64,000 bases of DNA from the NCBI GenBank assembly GCA_037445535.1, contig JBBIKI010000002.1:14338-78337 (forward strand). The letters are read 5' to 3'. The position numbers and the translations under genes were made by a program. Position 1 is the stretch's first letter. Every line of letters begins with the position of its first letter. Source of the DNA: Acidobacteriota bacterium (GTDB taxonomy: Bacteria > Acidobacteriota > UBA4820 > DSQY01). This document shows positions 59,269-64,000 of the stretch, piece after piece. The notes beneath the pieces were generated by a model, which saw only the letters and a list, made by a program, of their open reading frames with translations, was not told where the DNA came from and ran no database searches.

Positions 59269-60029
59269 TCCAGCTCCTGAGTTTTCCAGTTTTGGCTGTC
59301 ATCGTTATATTTTTCGGGTGGCTGTTCTCGTGCATCAACATTCTGAACGAGTATGAGCGTGGCGTCATTTTCCGCCTGGGCCGCGTGCTGCCTCAACCCA
59401 AGGGGCCGGGGCTCATTTTCGTCTTCAAGCCCTTCGACCGCATGGTGCGCGTGGCCCTCAGGACCATCGTCATGGATGTGCCTCCCCAGGACGTGATCAC
59501 CAAGGACAACGTGTCGGTGAAGGTGAACGCCGTGGTTTACTTCCGCGTGGTGGACGTGCTCCGGGCCATCCTCCAGGTGGAAAATTACATCTACGCCACC
59601 TCCCAGCTCTCCCAGACCACCCTCCGCTCCATCCTGGGCCAAGCCTCCCTCGATGAGCTGCTGTCGGAACGGGACAAGCTGAGCGGAGAGCTTCAGACAG
59701 TCATCGACCAGCACACGGACCCTTGGGGCATCAAGGTCACGCAGGTAGCCATCAAGGGCGTGGACCTTCCGCAGGACATGCAGCGCGCCATGGCCCTCCA
59801 GGCCCAAGCGGAGCGGGAAAAGCGCGCCAAGATCATCAACGCCGACGGAGAGTTCCAGGCCTCGCAGACCCTCTCCGACGCGGCCAGGATCATGACCGAG
59901 AACCCGCTCACGATCCAGCTTAGGTACCTGCAGACCCTCACCCAGATCGGCTCGGAAAACAGCACCACGGTGGTCTTCCCCATCCCCATTGACTTCATCT
60001 CCTTCCTGGCCAAGAAGGCGGGTGAGTAG
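59265..60029 (+). CDS. SPFH/band-7 (stomatin-like) protein
   Basis: N-terminal TM, ...[17 protein letters not shown]...[22 protein letters not shown]...; 4-nt overlap with nfeD. Confidence 0.9.
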   Translation: MIQLLSFPVLAVIVIFFGWLFSCINILNEYERGVIFRLGRVLPQPKGPGLIFVFKPFDRMVRVALRTIVMDVPPQDVITKDNVSVKVNAVVYFRVVDVLRAILQVENYIYATSQLSQTTLRSILGQASLDELLSERDKLSGELQTVIDQHTDPWGIKVTQVAIKGVDLPQDMQRAMALQAQAEREKRAKIINADGEFQASQTLSDAARIMTENPLTIQLRYLQTLTQIGSENSTTVVFPIPIDFISFLAKKAGE

Positions 60030-60085
60030 GGGCTCCGCGGCCTCAGCGATTTCGGGGGACGTGTGGCGCAGGCCGGAGGACATTC

Positions 60086-61132
60086 ATGCGGCGTTTAAAG
60101 AGGCTCCCGCCCAACCTGGAACTCACGCTCTATAAGGACTTGGCGAGAACCTTCCGCTCCTTTGACCTGGCCACTGTATCCGAGGAGGTCCTCAAATCGC
60201 TCCAGAGAGCCCTTCGGGTCGATTTTGGGACCCTCCTGATCCTCTCCGAACACGGCCAGTGCGTGGAACGCCTCTTCCGGGCGGGGTTCAGCCCCGAGAA
60301 ACACGCCGTGGACCGGTTCGGACTCACGAAGACGGAGATCGAGGCCCTCATCCGGGACATGATCCCCAAGCTCCGGGAGTTCCCCCCCGGCCCCAGCGGA
60401 ACCAGTCCCGTGGTGGACGGGCACGCCGTGGGCCTCCTGGCCATGTTCCCTTTCCAGCTCGTGTACGATTACTCGGCTCTCCTTCTCTTGGCCGTGCAGG
60501 AATCCAACCTCGAGGAGACCTACCTCAACGGCGAAGGCTTCCGCGTTCTGGAAGGCGTCCTGGGCGATCACGGCTTTGTCCTTAAGAACGCCCTCACGGT
60601 TCGCCGGCTCAACGAGCTCATCACCAAGGACGACCTGACCCTCTCTTACAACCGCCGCTTTTTTGAGGAATATCTCTTGGAGGAGATGGAGCGGGCGAGG
60701 CGGTACAACAAGCCAGTCTCTCTCATTTTTCTGGACCTGGACGGCCTTCGCGAGGTCAACAACCGGTTCGGCCACGCCCTGGGAAGCCGGACCCTCCAAG
60801 AGGCCGCGGCCCGCATCATGAACGCCGTGCGGAGCATCGACAAGGTGGTCCGCTACGGCGGCGACGAGTTCTGCATCATCCTCCCGGAGACCGACTCGAA
60901 GGGCGCCTTCGAGGTGGCCGAACGGGTCCGCCAGCGCCTGGCCGCCACGCCTTTTCTCATGGAGGAAACGGGAGGCATCGAGATCACGGGCTCCTTCGGC
61001 GTTGCCTCCTACCCGACCCACGCCATCACCAAGGAAGAGCTCGTGGCCAAGGCCGACGAGGCCATGTACCGGATCAAGACCCAGACCAAGAACGACATCT
61101 CCCTGGCCCAGCCTCTCAAGCGGTTCCCATGA
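60086..61132 (+). CDS. diguanylate cyclase (GGDEF) with an N-terminal GAF-like sensory domain
   Basis: RYGGDEF active site; ...LIFLDLDGLREVNNRFGH... (GGDEF core). Confidence 0.9.
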   Translation: MRRLKRLPPNLELTLYKDLARTFRSFDLATVSEEVLKSLQRALRVDFGTLLILSEHGQCVERLFRAGFSPEKHAVDRFGLTKTEIEALIRDMIPKLREFPPGPSGTSPVVDGHAVGLLAMFPFQLVYDYSALLLLAVQESNLEETYLNGEGFRVLEGVLGDHGFVLKNALTVRRLNELITKDDLTLSYNRRFFEEYLLEEMERARRYNKPVSLIFLDLDGLREVNNRFGHALGSRTLQEAAARIMNAVRSIDKVVRYGGDEFCIILPETDSKGAFEVAERVRQRLAATPFLMEETGGIEITGSFGVASYPTHAITKEELVAKADEAMYRIKTQTKNDISLAQPLKRFP

Positions 61133-62238
61133 ACGACGGCGTCATCCTCTCAGGCGACCTCAGCGAAATCCGCCTCCCCACCCTGCTCATGTCTCTTTAC
61201 CGGGATCGGGAGACGGGCGTCCTGGCCTTGGAGGACGGCGGCATTCGGAAAGCCCTGTACATCAAGGACGGGCAGGTGGTTTACGCCACCAGCTCGGACC
61301 CCGATGACCGCCTGGGCGAGAGCCTCCTCCGCCGCGGGCTCATCACCCTCGCCCAGTATGAGGACGCTTCCGGCCAGGTCCTCCAGGGGAACAAACAGGG
61401 CAGGGCCTTGGTGGACATCGGCGCCATCACCCCCGGCGACCTGGTGGAGAGCGTCACCCAGCAGCTCTACGACATCATGTTCTCGCTCTTTGGCTTCCGC
61501 TCGGGAACGTACAGCCTCGAGCTCGCTCCCTTCTCCACCTTGGAGATGATCACCATCGCCATCGACATCCCCGCCGTCATTTTCAAGGGAATGAGCCGGC
61601 AGATCGCGTGGAGCCAAATGCGCCCCGTCGTGGGCAACCCCTCCTTGCGGCTACGCACCCGTGCCGAGCAGCCCGCCTTCGTCGCGAACCTGGACATCAC
61701 GGGAGATGAAGAGCACCTCCTTCACATCGCCAGGGAAGGCATGGCCGTTTCCTCCCTCCTGGAGGCCAGTTACCTCTCCCAGTTCGAGACACTTCGCACC
61801 CTCTGGATCTTCCTCACGCTGGGCCTCATGGAGCGGGAGGACCCGGCAAGCAGGGGGCGGGCCGCCGCAGCCCAGCCCGAAGCCCTCATCGAGCAGTACA
61901 ACGAGCTCTACTCGTACGTCTACTACCAGCTTCCCGTCCCGCCCGATCAAGACGGCGGCTTGGATGCCATGATGATGGACCTCAGCCGCGCCCATCCAGC
62001 GCTGGCGGCCCATCAAACGGACTTGGCGCGCTTCGGGCGCCTGGATGTGGACCAAGCCCTCGTGTCCCTCCGGACGCTTCCCGAAGCGAACCGCGATGAG
62101 GCCCTCCAAGCCTTTTTGGAGGAGGCCCTCTACGCCCTCGTGCTGGAAGCCGACCGGAGGCTGCCTCAGGCGAGGCGCGAGGCCCTTCACGCTCACATTC
62201 GCCACCTGGCTGGGACTTCACAGGGAGTGGAATCATGA
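61129..62238 (+). CDS. DUF4388 (PATAN-like) domain protein
   Basis: N-terminus GDLSEIRLPTLLMSLYRDRETGVLALEDGGIRKALYIKDGQVVYATS is typical of DUF4388; 4-nt overlap with the GGDEF gene. Confidence 0.65.
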   Translation: MNDGVILSGDLSEIRLPTLLMSLYRDRETGVLALEDGGIRKALYIKDGQVVYATSSDPDDRLGESLLRRGLITLAQYEDASGQVLQGNKQGRALVDIGAITPGDLVESVTQQLYDIMFSLFGFRSGTYSLELAPFSTLEMITIAIDIPAVIFKGMSRQIAWSQMRPVVGNPSLRLRTRAEQPAFVANLDITGDEEHLLHIAREGMAVSSLLEASYLSQFETLRTLWIFLTLGLMEREDPASRGRAAAAQPEALIEQYNELYSYVYYQLPVPPDQDGGLDAMMMDLSRAHPALAAHQTDLARFGRLDVDQALVSLRTLPEANRDEALQAFLEEALYALVLEADRRLPQARREALHAHIRHLAGTSQGVES

Positions 62239-62861
62239 GCGACGAACGACAAGCGGCTCCAGCCCTTCGCCAACTTCTCTGGATCGCCGCCGGCGTGGCC
62301 GTGCTAACCCTGATCGTCGTGGCCGCCTCGTGGCTCTTCTCGCCAAGGCCCGCGCCTGGCGAGCCGTCGTTTGGACGCGGCCAGGGCGTTCTTCCCGAAG
62401 GCAATGTTGAGCGGCGCACCTTCTCGCCCGAACATCCGGCCCCCGGTTCGGGCAGGGCACCCGCGGCCCCGGCCGGGCTTCCGGAGCAGCCCGCCGCGGA
62501 GCTCCAGCCACCGGCGGCTCCGCCGCAGGCGATGCCTGAGTCTCTTCCCGAAGCGCAGGAGGAACCCAAGCTCGCCCCTCCCCCCGAGGCCGCCCCGCCG
62601 CCGCCGGCGTCTCCCAAAACGGCGGCCAAAGCCTCAGGTGCTGCCTTCGGTTTGCAAGCGGGCGCCTTCGCCGAAGAAGGCAAGGCCCGTGAGGTGGGGC
62701 GCCGTATCGATGGGCTGGGCTACAAAACCACCATCCTCCACCGGGACGGAAAGTACAAGGTCATCGCCACGGGGTTCCCCACCCGCGCCGCCGCCGCCAA
62801 GGCCCAGACGGCTCTGAGCAAGGCGGGGCTTAAAGATTCTTTCATCGTGCCCATGGAGTGA
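62235..62861 (+). CDS. SPOR domain (peptidoglycan-binding, division-site) membrane protein
   Basis: N-terminal TM, Pro/Ala-rich linker, C-terminal SPOR (...FGLQAGAFAEEGKAREVGRRIDGLGYKTTILHRDGKYKVIATGFPTRAAAAKAQTAL...). Confidence 0.75.
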   Translation: MSDERQAAPALRQLLWIAAGVAVLTLIVVAASWLFSPRPAPGEPSFGRGQGVLPEGNVERRTFSPEHPAPGSGRAPAAPAGLPEQPAAELQPPAAPPQAMPESLPEAQEEPKLAPPPEAAPPPPASPKTAAKASGAAFGLQAGAFAEEGKAREVGRRIDGLGYKTTILHRDGKYKVIATGFPTRAAAAKAQTALSKAGLKDSFIVPME

Positions 62862-63121
62862 GCATGTCCCGGACACCCAAGAAGGCCGGTATAGAAGCCC
62901 AACTTCGCGCCCTCGAGGACATCGTAAAGAAGCTCGAAGACGCCGCCCTCCCCCTTGAGGAGAGTCTCGAGCTGTTCGAAAAGGGGATTAGCCTGAGCCG
63001 CGAACTTCAGGCGGGCCTCCAGGCCGCTTCCCTCAAAGTGGCGCGCTTGTTGGAGGGCGAGCCCGGGCGGGAGGTCCCGCTGGATGCGGCCGCCGAACCC
63101 GAAGGCGAGGGGGAGCCGTGA
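62858..63121 (+). CDS. xseB: exodeoxyribonuclease VII small subunit
   Basis: ...EAQLRALEDIVKKLEDAALPLEESLELFEKGISLSRELQ...; 87 aa; overlaps the ispA start. Confidence 0.85.
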   Translation: MSMSRTPKKAGIEAQLRALEDIVKKLEDAALPLEESLELFEKGISLSRELQAGLQAASLKVARLLEGEPGREVPLDAAAEPEGEGEP

Positions 63122-64000
63122 TTCCCGAGGTTCTCCAGCGGCTGGCGCCCCAAGTGGACAAGGTTCTAGACCGGGTTCTGCCTCCCGCCGGCCGAGAGCC
63201 CGTGCGCCTGCACGAAGCCATGCGGTACAGCATCATGGCGGGAGGCAAACGGCTCCGGCCCATCCTCGCCGTGGCAGCTTATGAAGCGTGCGGAGGAGAG
63301 GATGAGGGAGCTGTTCTTCCGGCCGCCGCGGCCCTCGAGCTCTTTCACACCTACAGCCTCATCCACGATGACCTTCCGGCCATGGACAACGACAGCCTGC
63401 GGAGGGGCAAACCGACGTGCCACGTGGTCTACGGGGAAGCCATGGCGATCCTCGCGGGCGATGCCCTTCAAACGCTGGGCGCCTACCTGCTCGCCACTTA
63501 TCCCGAGGGCAGCCGGTGGTCGGCCAGGCGCAACAAGGCATCCCGTGAGATTCTCTGGGCCCTCGGCTCCCAAGGCATGGCGGGAGGACAGGCCCTCGAC
63601 CTGGAACAGACCGGATCGGGCAAGACCGTGTCGCCCAAACTCCTTACGGCTATCCATACCTTGAAGACCGGCCGGTTCCTCGAGGCCTCCCTTCTGGCCG
63701 GTGCTCACTGGGCGGGCGCGAAGGCGGCCCATCGTGGCGCACTCAAGAAATTTGGAACCTCTCTCGGACTGGCCTTCCAAATCGTGGACGATATCCTGGA
63801 CGAGACGCAGACCGCCCAAGCGCTGGGCAAGACTCCTGGCAAGGACTCGGCCCAGGGCAAGGCTACCTTTCCGGCCCTCTGGGGGATCGAAGAGTCGCGC
63901 CGGGAGGTGGAGAGGCTCCTTTCCGACGCCCTGCGGGCCGCCGCCGAGTTCGAGCCCCGCGGCCGCGACCTGCGGGAGCTTGCCCACTTCGTGGCAGGGC
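63118..64000 (+). CDS. ispA: polyprenyl (farnesyl/geranylgeranyl) diphosphate synthase, 5' part; continues beyond the window
   Basis: First DDxxD motif LIHDDLPAMDNDSLRRG and second FQIVDDILD; GTG start overlapping the xseB stop; no stop codon before the window end, so absent from the ORF track. Confidence 0.85.
   Translation, partial: MIPEVLQRLAPQVDKVLDRVLPPAGREPVRLHEAMRYSIMAGGKRLRPILAVAAYEACGGEDEGAVLPAAAALELFHTYSLIHDDLPAMDNDSLRRGKPTCHVVYGEAMAILAGDALQTLGAYLLATYPEGSRWSARRNKASREILWALGSQGMAGGQALDLEQTGSGKTVSPKLLTAIHTLKTGRFLEASLLAGAHWAGAKAAHRGALKKFGTSLGLAFQIVDDILDETQTAQALGKTPGKDSAQGKATFPALWGIEESRREVERLLSDALRAAAEFEPRGRDLRELAHFVAG

Overview
High-GC (roughly 65-70% by eye) bacterial chromosome segment, densely coding on both strands. 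I found no rRNA, tRNA, CRISPR array, transposase or integrase. Because of the GC content, almost every real gene is shadowed by long antisense ORFs, which I treat as artefacts.

Genes I can support, in order along the window:
- Housekeeping and cell-envelope genes: 3' end of tpx; MltD-like LysM lytic transglycosylase; pccB; a TPR membrane protein; the c-di-AMP operon cdaA-cdaR-glmM; pdxJ; yceH; a fasciclin protein; ettA; a patatin-like lipase; an SLT transglycosylase; dodecin; gamma-carbonic anhydrase; a POT peptide transporter.
- Accessory-looking stretch, about 19.4-35.9 kb: an orphan SIR2_2-family (predicted NADase-fold) protein divergent from an output-less triple-PAS+GAF membrane sensor; a stand-alone MshEN (T2SS-E N-terminal, c-di-GMP-binding type) protein; a LonN-only protein; AddB-AddA helicase-nuclease genes; an FAD oxidoreductase; a roughly 1000-aa secreted protein made of about 28-30 ankyrin repeats.
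- Further housekeeping genes: era; a methionine gamma-lyase-family enzyme; an SDR; greA; pcm; an MFS transporter; a 1106-aa BNR/sortilin protein.
- Two paralogous secreted proteins, one with five PKD domains, sharing a C-terminal IPT/TIG-like domain.
- A plus-strand operon pta - GT2 - LpxL-like acyltransferase - STAS - YigZ - CYTH - sugar-nucleotidyltransferase - GT2.
- A translationally coupled chain nfeD - stomatin - GGDEF - DUF4388 - SPOR - xseB - ispA (the last partial).

The most interesting candidates are the orphan SIR2 gene with a perfect 14-bp palindrome in its divergent promoter region, the sensor plus MshEN pair, the giant secreted ankyrin protein, and the paralogous IPT-tailed secreted proteins. 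None of these can be proven to be a new system from sequence alone.
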